A DNA stretch of 51,077 nt from a virus (taxonomy: Duplodnaviria > Caudoviricetes), in the IMG/VR virus record IMGVR_UViG_3300020735_000013, positions 1-51,077 of that record; one strand, written 5' to 3'. A program made the translations under genes and the position numbers. Every line of letters starts with the position of its first letter. Position 1 is the stretch's first letter. Under the pieces are notes generated by a model. It was not told where the DNA came from and ran no database searches. It was given only the letters and a program-made list of their open reading frames with translations. Below, one piece after another: positions 28,409-37,043 of this stretch.

Positions 28409-29729
28409 TCAGCTTCACCAATACCAACTCAATATGATTGAAAAAGCCAAAACTATTCCTCACATGGGTCTATTTATGGAGGTTGGGCTTGGAAAAACTA
28501 TCACCAGTTTGACTATAGTTGCGGAACAGTTTTCGGGTAAAACTTTAATTGTGTGTCCTAAAAAGGTAGCAGAGACTGTCTGGCACAAAGAAGCTGCAAA
28601 CTGGGAGCACACCAAACACCTTAAAATATCAAAAGTATTAGGAACGGAAAAGCAAAGAATTGCTGCGTTGCAAGAGGAAGCAGACATCTATGTAATTAAC
28701 ATCGAAAACATTGTGTGGCTAACTGGCCGCCCAGAAATGTTAGTGTTTACTAACTTAATTTTAGATGAAAGCCAAAAATGGAAAGATGCTAGTACAAAAA
28801 GGCATAAAGCATTGCGTAAGTTCCTAAAACAGTTTACCCATCGTGCTATTTTGACGGCTACGCCCGCACCACAGGGCCTACAAGACCTTTATTCACAGGT
28901 GGGAATACTTGACCTAGGCCAGCGCCTTGGAACGTCTCTGACGGCGTTTAGGACAGCCTACGCAGAACCAGACAAAATCAATAGGCACACAAGACAGGTG
29001 TACTCCTGGAAACTGCGTTCGGGCATGGATGCCATCATTAACAAAAAGATTGAAGATATTTGCTTTTCATTAAAAGCAGAAGACTATTTGCAGCTGCCGC
29101 CTGTAACAGTTATTATACACAAAATAGAAATGTCTAATAGTGCGAGGAAGCAATATGATGAACTTAGAAAAAATATGGTGCTTGAAGTGGAAGAAAACAC
29201 AATCACAGCCCCAACGGCAGCAACACTATCGAACAAACTCTTGCAATTCACTTCGGGCGCGACTTACACAGAAAATGGAGAATGGATCGAAACCCATAGT
29301 GATAAAATGGAATACCTTGTCGAGATCATGGAGAGTAATGTATCACCGACCCTCATCTTTTACAACTACAAACATTCTTTGGAACGACTCAAAGCGCAGT
29401 TTCCTCAAGGTGTGGTGCTGGATGCTTCCAACATCGAGGCGTGGACGTCTGGTAAAATTCCAGTGCTATTCGCACACCCGAAATCCGCTGGCGCTGGGCT
29501 CAATCTTCAAAACAACACAAGTCACGTGGCACAAATCGTATGGTTTGACGGCACTTGGAGCAGTGAAGAGTTCACACAAGGCAACGGGCGTATTCACAGG
29601 CAGGGCCAAACGTCACCGGTTATCATTCATCAGTTAGCCATGGAAAAAACGATTGATGAACTGGTGATTGAGGCGTTGGACAAAAAAGTAGAAGTGCAAA
29701 ATATTTTACTAGACGCCCTAAAAATGTAG
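28395..29729 (+). CDS. SNF2-family helicase
   Basis: EVGLGKT, ILDESQ, LTATP, GAGLNLQ, QGNGRIHRQGQ. Confidence 0.9.
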   Translation: MLKRNQLHQYQLNMIEKAKTIPHMGLFMEVGLGKTITSLTIVAEQFSGKTLIVCPKKVAETVWHKEAANWEHTKHLKISKVLGTEKQRIAALQEEADIYVINIENIVWLTGRPEMLVFTNLILDESQKWKDASTKRHKALRKFLKQFTHRAILTATPAPQGLQDLYSQVGILDLGQRLGTSLTAFRTAYAEPDKINRHTRQVYSWKLRSGMDAIINKKIEDICFSLKAEDYLQLPPVTVIIHKIEMSNSARKQYDELRKNMVLEVEENTITAPTAATLSNKLLQFTSGATYTENGEWIETHSDKMEYLVEIMESNVSPTLIFYNYKHSLERLKAQFPQGVVLDASNIEAWTSGKIPVLFAHPKSAGAGLNLQNNTSHVAQIVWFDGTWSSEEFTQGNGRIHRQGQTSPVIIHQLAMEKTIDELVIEALDKKVEVQNILLDALKM

Positions 29730-29734
29730 CAAAT

Positions 29735-29745
29735 TGCGTATTAGT
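29735..29745 (+). promoter_or_regulatory. Phage promoter core driving leaderless ACP
   Basis: tgcgtattagt, 6 nt before ATG 29752. Confidence 0.6.
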
Positions 29746-29751
29746 GTAGAC

Positions 29752-30045
29752 ATGAATGAAAAAGAACTCCTAGAACTCCTCAAAGGGATCATTGCCTTGG
29801 CAACACCCCTTAACTCTAACGGCGTGGAAATCACGTCATTAGACACGCCGATTGCAGACACCGGCTTAGATAGCCTGGATTTGCTCATGGTGGGGATTTA
29901 TTTGAGCGACGTTTATGGAGTATCTGAAGAGATAGCAAAAACAATGGATCCAGTAACCATTCGAGACATGCTGCAGTTTATGCAATTTCACAGCACTAAA
30001 CAGCCTGTTAGCGTAGAGGCAACGTTAAATGATATATCTAACTGA
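29752..30045 (+). CDS. Acyl carrier protein
   Basis: Small acidic protein with phosphopantetheine site GLDSLDLL. Confidence 0.85.
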   Translation: MNEKELLELLKGIIALATPLNSNGVEITSLDTPIADTGLDSLDLLMVGIYLSDVYGVSEEIAKTMDPVTIRDMLQFMQFHSTKQPVSVEATLNDISN

Positions 30046-31132
30046 TTACAGAACGGTTTGCAATGAGAATACGACGCTTATCTCTGACATTGATTACCCC
30101 CAGCGTGTTCATTGGTTTGCTGATAGCTATAGTAAATCTCATACCGGATTTAGTTACGCACCACATATCGTGGCCTCTAAACTCCTGGACCCGACACTGA
30201 TTGAAGACTTACGCAGCAGAGAAGGTCGTACAGCATTTATCCTAGCAGCGGGCAACACTAACTTTGCTGGGATCAATAAAGACATACCAAAGACTAGCCT
30301 TAGTTACAACTACAAATTTTCACACCTAACATTAACGCAAGTGTACGCTGGAATTTTGGCAAAGTATTTGGGCGCAGAAGACATGATCCTAACAGACTCC
30401 AGCGCATGCGCTTCAAGTCTTAAGGTGATGATGGATGTGCAGATGTTGTTTCAGATGTATCGGTTTGATAGAGTAATTGTTGTATCCGTTGAAGACCAAG
30501 TTAGTAACATGGTATTAAAGTTTTTTGGTGAATCCAAGGCAGTCTTAACGAAAGAACAAGACGACGCCGGCGTTTTACCATCGGCCTTTGATGACGTGAA
30601 TTATGGTTTTCATATCGGCCAGGGTGCTGTACTTGCAGTGTTTGAAAATGAGAACCACGCTAAGAATCCTGCAGCTCGCCTATTAAGCTCGTACAACGCA
30701 TCTGAAAAGGGAGCCAACGCGATAGGACAGCGTGAGGATGGTGAAGGCTTTGCTAAGGCCGCATACGGCGCGTTGCGCTACGGTAACTTAATGCCAAGAG
30801 ATATTGATGTCATTAAGACCCACGGAACCGGCACAAAGTCAAACAACAAGGCAGAACACAGCGCCCTGGTCACTGTATTTGGTAAAGAGTTTACTGCGAC
30901 ATCATTTAAACCAACGATCGGCCACACCATGGGAGCGTCAGGTTTATTAGAGACTTGTCTACTGTTAGATAGTTTAAAAACCGGAGTCGTCCCGCCAATT
31001 AAAAACAGGACAACAGAAGACCACCGGTATCTATCGTCTGCAATTACAGTAGATAAAGATACTAAGATTTTAAGTTTAGCAGCAGGTATGGGAAACATTT
31101 ATTCAGCAGCAATCTTTGATACAAAACTATGA
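30029..31132 (+). CDS. Beta-ketoacyl-ACP synthase (FabB/FabF-like)
   Basis: Catalytic Cys-His-His: SACASS, KTHGTGT, GHTMGASG; C-terminal AAGMG. Confidence 0.9.
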   Translation: MIYLTDYRTVCNENTTLISDIDYPQRVHWFADSYSKSHTGFSYAPHIVASKLLDPTLIEDLRSREGRTAFILAAGNTNFAGINKDIPKTSLSYNYKFSHLTLTQVYAGILAKYLGAEDMILTDSSACASSLKVMMDVQMLFQMYRFDRVIVVSVEDQVSNMVLKFFGESKAVLTKEQDDAGVLPSAFDDVNYGFHIGQGAVLAVFENENHAKNPAARLLSSYNASEKGANAIGQREDGEGFAKAAYGALRYGNLMPRDIDVIKTHGTGTKSNNKAEHSALVTVFGKEFTATSFKPTIGHTMGASGLLETCLLLDSLKTGVVPPIKNRTTEDHRYLSSAITVDKDTKILSLAAGMGNIYSAAIFDTKL

Positions 31133-31440
31133 GAACAAAAACCAAACATAAAGTAAACGCAGCAACTCCAAGATTATCAGATGAAGAGCTTGACCCAATC
31201 GAACAAGACGACGGTGAGGGCGTATCATCGGATATGATGGAGGCATACCTTCCGTGGAGCTTGGAAGATATTATGGATGTTAAAAGACTGATAGCTGATA
31301 AGTTACCAGCCAAGCAGCAGTTTATTTTAGAGGCGTTTTTAGAAGGTTTGACACACTTGGACGTTGAGGTAACAGAAAAATATTGGCGCTATCATTTTTC
31401 TAAGGGTGTTGAGTTTATTAAAAAGGAATTGAATTTATGA
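31129..31440 (+). CDS. Stand-alone sigma region 4-like protein
   Basis: DVKRLIADKLPAKQQFILEAFLEGLT..YHFSKGVEFIKKEL resembles the L..LP..Q..I..EGL..A..L.K sigma4 pattern with a shortened HTH. Confidence 0.5.
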   Translation: MRTKTKHKVNAATPRLSDEELDPIEQDDGEGVSSDMMEAYLPWSLEDIMDVKRLIADKLPAKQQFILEAFLEGLTHLDVEVTEKYWRYHFSKGVEFIKKELNL

Positions 31441-31628
31441 ACTTTATTGTAGAGCATAAATACAAGGGCAAATATGTTATGGAAACAATTACCGGTGTGG
31501 AAGACCTTGACACAAGCATATATCAAGATTTATTGGGAATATGGGTTTGTGACAGCATGGAGGAAACACTTATCATGGAAAAACAACTACAGGAGATGAG
31601 AAGTGCAAGATCCAGTCAATCATCCTAA
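31437..31628 (+). CDS. Hypothetical protein
   Basis: 63-aa coupled ORF. Confidence 0.5.
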   Translation: MNFIVEHKYKGKYVMETITGVEDLDTSIYQDLLGIWVCDSMEETLIMEKQLQEMRSARSSQSS

Positions 31629-31842
31629 GCATTACACAGATCACCCGTCAGGCATTGAGTGTATTCAGATCACCGAACACATGAGCTTTAATCTAGGCAA
31701 CGCATTAAAGTATATCTGGCGATGTGATTTAAAGAAAGACGCAATAGAAGATTTAAGAAAAGCACGTTGGTACATCGATCGAGAAATTGAAAAGCGTGTC
31801 AACCCAACCGGTGTAAGACACGATGAGGAGTGTGGTAAATGA
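31603..31842 (+). CDS. DUF3310-like protein
   Basis: DPVNHPKHY..IECI..FNLGNALKYIWR..EDLRKARWY. Confidence 0.85.
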   Translation: MQDPVNHPKHYTDHPSGIECIQITEHMSFNLGNALKYIWRCDLKKDAIEDLRKARWYIDREIEKRVNPTGVRHDEECGK

Positions 31843-32057
31843 AGATCGAAATTGATGACGACTTTGCTGATGAGATTGTCAGGGCCACACTAGCAGAAAG
31901 CTATGTTAGTGTCTCTGGTATGCTTAAAAACCCAGACGCGTGGCACGAAGATGATGTAGCAGCATGGAAAGAATTACTACCGGCGATTAAAACTGTGGGC
32001 TCCTGGTTTAGTGTTAACTTTGAAACAGAAATTAAAAAGGCGAAAAAGAAAAAATGA
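31839..32057 (+). CDS. Hypothetical protein
   Basis: 72-aa coupled ORF. Confidence 0.55.
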   Translation: MKIEIDDDFADEIVRATLAESYVSVSGMLKNPDAWHEDDVAAWKELLPAIKTVGSWFSVNFETEIKKAKKKK

Positions 32058-32389
32058 GAGATTTTTTTGAAGCAGTATTTGCAAGTGTGTTTGGTATTAT
32101 TGCGTTTATTTTAGTTATTGCGGGTTGTTCTTATTTAGGCTGGTTGTCGTATGACTATTTTGCACCTAAATATATGGCCACAGATAATAAAGTATTCCAT
32201 GAATCACAACAGTACAACGATGGAATGGTACGAGATTTAGAAAACTTGCAGATGGAATACATGAATGCAGATGCAGACCATAAGCAAGCACTTCGTGCTA
32301 TTATTTTGCATCGTTTTTCTGTTTATCCCGAAGATAAGATGCCAGCGAACTTACGTAATTTTTACAATCAATTAAGGAGTGGTAAATGA
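32054..32389 (+). CDS. Membrane-anchored protein
   Basis: N-terminal hydrophobic helix, soluble C-terminus. Confidence 0.65.
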   Translation: MRDFFEAVFASVFGIIAFILVIAGCSYLGWLSYDYFAPKYMATDNKVFHESQQYNDGMVRDLENLQMEYMNADADHKQALRAIILHRFSVYPEDKMPANLRNFYNQLRSGK

Positions 32390-32877
32390 AAAAGTTAGCC
32401 ATATTAACTTTGTTATCCGTAGCAGTATTGGCTGGATGTCAAGATGATGATAGTAGCTCAGCTAAAGAGCGTCGTGCCCAAGAGCAAATGAGCCTTCAAG
32501 CGGTAGAGGCTGTTGGTATGCCAGCCATTACCAACTTTGCTGAAAAGCGCATGATGAAGGACATTTTAGAGATACGTGACCAAGCTGTTGCCACAACAAC
32601 ATATACTGTGGATATGAATGGCAAGTTCCACAAGGTGTGTAACTCAGTAGGTTATGGTTTGCCTTACGCAACACAGTACACAAACCCACAAATGCCACAG
32701 CGCCCATTTAATGGCAATACTTATGTGTTACCCCAAGCTGATCCTAATGGATTATATTCACCAGCAAGCGCAGACGGCACATGGGTGCAGTGCGTGGATC
32801 CCAAAAGTAACAAAGCGAAGGTTGTTTATATCGAACCCCGCGTGGTGGTAAGTCCTATTCCTTTAGGTGACCAATGA
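32386..32877 (+). CDS. Lipoprotein
   Basis: MKKLAILTLLSVAVLAGC signal peptide and lipobox. Confidence 0.75.
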   Translation: MKKLAILTLLSVAVLAGCQDDDSSSAKERRAQEQMSLQAVEAVGMPAITNFAEKRMMKDILEIRDQAVATTTYTVDMNGKFHKVCNSVGYGLPYATQYTNPQMPQRPFNGNTYVLPQADPNGLYSPASADGTWVQCVDPKSNKAKVVYIEPRVVVSPIPLGDQ

Positions 32878-33617
32878 AAAAGTATACGTACTGTGATTTA
32901 GAGCAAGCAATTTATCAAGCGTGGCAAACGATGGATGATTTAAAATTGTTTGCTGAAGAGTATTACGATGGACCCCAGGAAATGTCAGTTGATGAAGCGT
33001 TTAACTACATGGAAGGCATTAGGGTACTAGGAGATTTAAAGTTTCGTAAGTTAATGGATATGATGTGCCGCGTGTTTGAGCTCGATGAGTACTGCACGGA
33101 TCCTGAAAAATTGGCACGACGAGATGAAGTATTTGCAGCAGTATTTAATCAACCCAAGAAGAAAGGAAGTAAAAAATGACTGATACAGTCGACGTAGCAG
33201 CACAAGAAGTAGATCCATTAGCGGATAAAATTGTTTCATTGAAGTATAGCGTTAAAGATGTTAATGGCATCATCAATATGATGAACACACCATTACAAAC
33301 TCCGGTCATGGCCTGGGCAAACTTAATCGCTAACATTCAAGCTCAATGTGCACCACAAATTGAGGCCTTGAACGCAAACGCGGAGACACCAAGTGAACCT
33401 CAAACAGCTGCTTAAAAGCGCAGGCATTAGCAACAACATCATTAAAGAAGTTGAACGCAAATCCAAGATGACAACGGCGATGCAAGAAGTAGAGCACCAA
33501 GAAAAGGCTGCAGCAATGGCCAAGATGATGCTTAATGATGTAATGCCCCACCTGCATGGAGCGCTTAACAAAACGCCACCATCAAAACCTAAGAAGACAA
33601 TCATTATTCCGGACTAG
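32874..33617 (+). other. Three small hypothetical ORFs (32874-33179, 33176-33415, 33393-33617)
   Basis: Coupled ORFs on the + strand. Confidence 0.55.
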
Positions 33618-33646
33618 GGCGATTTTGTTAGTAAATGCGTATTAGT
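33617..33646 (+). promoter_or_regulatory. Phage promoter GGGCG-N15-GCGTATTAGT upstream of the tRNA
   Basis: gggcg attttgttagtaaat gcgtattagt. Confidence 0.7.
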
Positions 33647-33732
33647 AGATATAAGGGCTTGTCGGGATGACACCCCTAGCTGTAAAGAAAGCTAATGGCC
33701 CCCTGGAGCCATCATAGAATCCAGGCTATTTA

Positions 33733-33815
33733 GCTGAAGTCGCATAGTGGCAATTGCAGCTGCTTTGTAAGCAGCCCCGAAAGGTACGTCAGTTCGAGTC
33801 TGACCTTCAGCACCA
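33733..33815 (+). tRNA. tRNA-Thr(UGU) with long variable arm and encoded CCA
   Basis: Acceptor GCTGAAG/CTTCAGC-A-CCA; anticodon arm gctgc-ttTGTaa-gcagc; T arm gtcag-ttcgagt-ctgac. Confidence 0.88.
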
Positions 33816-33833
33816 ATAACAACAAGGAATTTT

Positions 33834-33986
33834 ATGGCAGCTAAACCTGGCCTATATGCCAATATACACGCTAAAGAAGCTCGCATAAAAGCAGGTTCCG
33901 GCGAAAAGATGCGCAAACCTGGTACCAAAGGCGCGCCCACAGCTAAGGCATTTAAAGAGTCTGCTAAAACAGCAAAGACAAAATAA
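33834..33986 (+). CDS. Small Lys/Ala-rich basic protein (50 aa)
   Basis: AAGGA RBS; MAAKPGLYANIHAKEARIKAGSGEKMRKPGTKGAPTAKAFKESAKTAKTK; stop overlaps the next ATG. Confidence 0.7.
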   Translation: MAAKPGLYANIHAKEARIKAGSGEKMRKPGTKGAPTAKAFKESAKTAKTK

Positions 33987-34381
33987 TGGCAACCAAAAAA
34001 CCATCACCAAACAAAAAACTATTTACTGAGGAAATGGCAAAGACCGTTTTAGAGCTCGGTAAACAAGGCGCGTCCCAAAAGTCTATGTACGCAGCTATTG
34101 GTATTAGCCGCGCCACAGCAGCTAAATGGAAAAAAGAAGATCCATTGTTTGCAGAAACTATGGATATGGCAACAGTATATGGCCAGTCTTACTGGGAGAT
34201 GATGCTCCTAGCCAACGTAGACAACAAAGCATTTAACTCCAGGATCGCAGAAATTGCGCTCCGAGGACAATACCCCGATGACTACAAAGACAATCGCGAG
34301 ATCAAAGCAGATATTAAGCAAGAAATTGCGGTAGATTTTAATGGTGAAATAGCAAAATTGATTGCCGCCCTTAAAGAATAA
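33986..34381 (+). CDS. Putative terminase small subunit (HTH)
   Basis: GASQKSMYAAIGISRATAAKWKKEDPLFAE HTH followed by helical oligomerisation-like region. Confidence 0.55.
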   Translation: MATKKPSPNKKLFTEEMAKTVLELGKQGASQKSMYAAIGISRATAAKWKKEDPLFAETMDMATVYGQSYWEMMLLANVDNKAFNSRIAEIALRGQYPDDYKDNREIKADIKQEIAVDFNGEIAKLIAALKE

Positions 34382-34405
34382 GTTTTTATTTTTTCAGTTT
34401 TATAC

Positions 34406-34433
34406 AAAAAAGCCACCTAAAAGGTGGCTTTTT
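34406..34433 (+). terminator. Intrinsic terminator abutting a phage promoter core (34433-34443)
   Basis: aaaaaagccacc taaaa ggtggcttttt gcgtattagt. Confidence 0.75.
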
Positions 34434-34476
34434 GCGTATTAGTAAATATACAACTAACCAGACTAAAAAGGCTAAA

Positions 34477-35631
34477 ATGACAGCACATGCCCTCCTCAGC
34501 GCATCAGGATCCAAACGATGGCTTTCCTGCACACCTAGCGCTAGGCTAGAAGCAACAATCCCAGAACAAAAACGTGGTGCCGGTGGAATAGACTTTTCTG
34601 CAGAAGGTACACTGGCGCACTCATTATCTGAGATTCGTCTGCGTTTACAATACGGCCAAATAGGACATGACGAATATGAAAGAGAATATGAAATCATCAA
34701 GACGCACCCAATCTACCAAAACTACACACCCGATGAACGAGACGATTTCGAGGCTAACGTCGACAATTACGTTTTATACGTTCGCTCTCAGATCGGTGAA
34801 GGGGATACACCTCTATTTGAGCAACGTGTGGACTTTAGTGATTACGTCCCTGATGGTTTTGGTACAGCCGATGTGGTTATACTTTCTAAGCATTCCATTC
34901 GAGTCATCGACCTTAAGTTTGGAAAAGGAGTCCCCGTCTACGCAGTGGACAACCCCCAATTACGATTGTACGCTCTCGGAGCATATAGCAAATTTAAGGA
35001 CGAGTATCCAGAAATTAGGGAAGTCACGTACACAATCCACCAGCCTCGCTTGGACAGCATATCATCTGATGGGACATCCATCGCTAAGCTCGTTGATTGG
35101 GGCAACTATTTCGTCAAACCAAAAGCGAAAAAAGCATGGAGCGGCGCAGGAGAATTCCTCCCAGGAGAGTGGTGCCAGTTCTGCAAAGCAAAAGCGCAAT
35201 GCCGAGCGCGTAGTGACTTCAATACAGAGCTCGCTCGCCAGGAGTTCAAAGCGCCAGCGTTACTAGACAATGATGAGTTTAGTCTAGTACTCTCCAAAGC
35301 GCAGCAGTTACGCACATGGGTAAACGACGTAGAAGAGTATGCACTAACCAGGGCAATTAATGAGAACATTGTGCCACCCGGTTACAAGCTGGGCACCACA
35401 AAAACCCATCGTAAGATCTCTGACACGGCCTTAGCGGCCACCGTTTTGGTCGAGAAGGGTATGGACCCACAAATCATTTGGGAGGCTCCAAAGCTCAAAT
35501 CGATCGCCACGTTGGAAAAGCTAGGACCAAAGGGGCAAGTAGCTGCATGGCTGGGTAATTTGATCCAGCGCCCAGACGGCGAGCCAAAGCTAATCAAGGC
35601 AAAAGAAGACGCCACGGAGGACTTTAAATGA
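34477..35631 (+). CDS. DUF2800 / Cas4-like PD-(D/E)xK nuclease
   Basis: HALLSASGSKRWLSC, EGTLAH, FGTAD..IDLKFGKG, QLRLYALG, CQFC...C. Confidence 0.88.
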   Translation: MTAHALLSASGSKRWLSCTPSARLEATIPEQKRGAGGIDFSAEGTLAHSLSEIRLRLQYGQIGHDEYEREYEIIKTHPIYQNYTPDERDDFEANVDNYVLYVRSQIGEGDTPLFEQRVDFSDYVPDGFGTADVVILSKHSIRVIDLKFGKGVPVYAVDNPQLRLYALGAYSKFKDEYPEIREVTYTIHQPRLDSISSDGTSIAKLVDWGNYFVKPKAKKAWSGAGEFLPGEWCQFCKAKAQCRARSDFNTELARQEFKAPALLDNDEFSLVLSKAQQLRTWVNDVEEYALTRAINENIVPPGYKLGTTKTHRKISDTALAATVLVEKGMDPQIIWEAPKLKSIATLEKLGPKGQVAAWLGNLIQRPDGEPKLIKAKEDATEDFK

Positions 35632-35789
35632 ATACCTGGCTAATGGGATTTATTGCAATCGTATACTTCATCGTTGCCGTAAACTTTTTTAGAAACAACG
35701 AGATAGGCTTTGGCCTGTCTTTTATTGGTTATGTAATAGGAAACATTGGATTGATATTGGCCGCATTAAAAATATAATAAGGAGTCAGT

Positions 35790-36047
35790 ATGCAGGTAGC
35801 GTGCTATGGTTCAGAATTTGACATTCCGGACCTTTTAATAGATACATACATTAAAGATTTTAACGCACTGCCAGGGAGTGGATACCGAGAAGGGGTTTGT
35901 CAAATACGCGAATCCATCGAGGAGATACTTGATATTATTGCCGAAGAGCCGGATCTGCTACATGAAAAGGATTACCATCACGACTTCATTAAGGCACTGG
36001 CAATGAAGCAAGCATTAGGTGAATTGGGCATTTTGTACGACGCCTAA
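35790..36047 (+). CDS. Hypothetical protein
   Basis: AAGGAG RBS, 85 aa. Confidence 0.6.
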   Translation: MQVACYGSEFDIPDLLIDTYIKDFNALPGSGYREGVCQIRESIEEILDIIAEEPDLLHEKDYHHDFIKALAMKQALGELGILYDA

Positions 36048-36050
36048 GTA

Positions 36051-36093
36051 TTTCACAATGTGAAATAGTAAAACAGCAGATTTGCGTATTAGT
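36051..36093 (+). promoter_or_regulatory. Phage promoter with perfect upstream palindrome TTTCACAATGTGAAA
   Basis: Palindrome starts 32 bp before tgcgtattagt. Confidence 0.72.
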
Positions 36094-36166
36094 AACAACA
36101 GTAAAAGGTTAGACAGACTGGCACCTACTGAAGACCAGTCTTAATGTTAAAAAGGATTTAATCATC

Positions 36167-36685
36167 ATGGCAACAAAATCAATCAAAACCAAGTTTGTAA
36201 CTGGTAAAGTACGTTTCTCCTACGCCAATGTGTTCCAGCCAGCTGAGACACCAAACGGCACATTAAAGTACTCTGTTTCTATCCTGATCCCAAAATCAGA
36301 TACAGATACTGTCAATCGTTTTAAGAAGGCCTTTGAAGATACCAAGACAGCTAACGCAGCTGTATGGGGTGGCTCTATTCCTAAGCTCCTTAAAGGCGGC
36401 TTACGTGACGGTGACGCAGAGAAAGATGACGCAGCATACGCAGGTCACTACTTTATCAACGCCAGCTCTAACGAGAAACCTGGCATTGTTGACCAAGACT
36501 TGAACCCAATCATTGACACCAGCGAGTTCTACTCAGGTTGCTATGGTCGTGCTTCAATCACATTGTATCCATACGATACAAGTGGCTCTAAAGGCATCGC
36601 TGCCGGTTTGAACAACGTTCAGAAACTGGAAGACGGTGAGAAGTTTGGTGGTTCTACTTCTGCAGCGGCAGACTTTGCAGTATGA
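36167..36685 (+). CDS. DUF2815 ssDNA-binding protein
   Basis: VRFSYANVF, LRDGD, YSGCY, GLNNVQKL.DGE, acidic/aromatic tail. Confidence 0.88.
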   Translation: MATKSIKTKFVTGKVRFSYANVFQPAETPNGTLKYSVSILIPKSDTDTVNRFKKAFEDTKTANAAVWGGSIPKLLKGGLRDGDAEKDDAAYAGHYFINASSNEKPGIVDQDLNPIIDTSEFYSGCYGRASITLYPYDTSGSKGIAAGLNNVQKLEDGEKFGGSTSAAADFAV

Positions 36686-36951
36686 GTTCACTAGTCGGAA
36701 ATGGGCAGTTATATTTTACTAATGCCCAAAACGGAACAACTTGGACAACTATCGGAGGGCCAATGAACAAGAAGCGTAACTTTTCGCTGAGCTTTGAAGA
36801 GACTGAGAATGGATTTGTTCTGAACACCACAGAAAATAAATTCAATCCAGAATACAATCAGCATCAGCAAATTAGCAAGAAATTTGTTTTCAATGACACT
36901 AACGAATTGATTAAAGCCGTTAGCGATATCATTCGAAACAAACAGCAGTAA
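36682..36951 (+). CDS. Hypothetical protein
   Basis: ORF after SSB; start uncertain. Confidence 0.5.
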   Translation: MSSLVGNGQLYFTNAQNGTTWTTIGGPMNKKRNFSLSFEETENGFVLNTTENKFNPEYNQHQQISKKFVFNDTNELIKAVSDIIRNKQQ

Positions 36952-36977
36952 CTAAGTAGTACCCAGTAGATGGGCCA

Positions 36978-37007
36978 AGCCGGGGTGGAAACCACCTCGG
37001 CTTTTTT
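36978..37007 (+). terminator. Intrinsic terminator
   Basis: gccggggtg gaaac cacctcggc tttttt. Confidence 0.75.
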
Positions 37008-37043
37008 GCCCTTTAATAACCATAATAACAAAGAGAATAATAA

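Noticed and set aside
33733-33815. tRNA-Tyr(GUA) reading
   Set aside because: The perfect 5-bp anticodon stem centres TGT in the 7-nt loop; shifting to GTA breaks the stem.
34477-35631. CRISPR-Cas system suggested by the Cas4-like gene
   Set aside because: No repeat-spacer array or other cas genes seen; DUF2800 with DUF2815 and PolA is a standard phage replication module.
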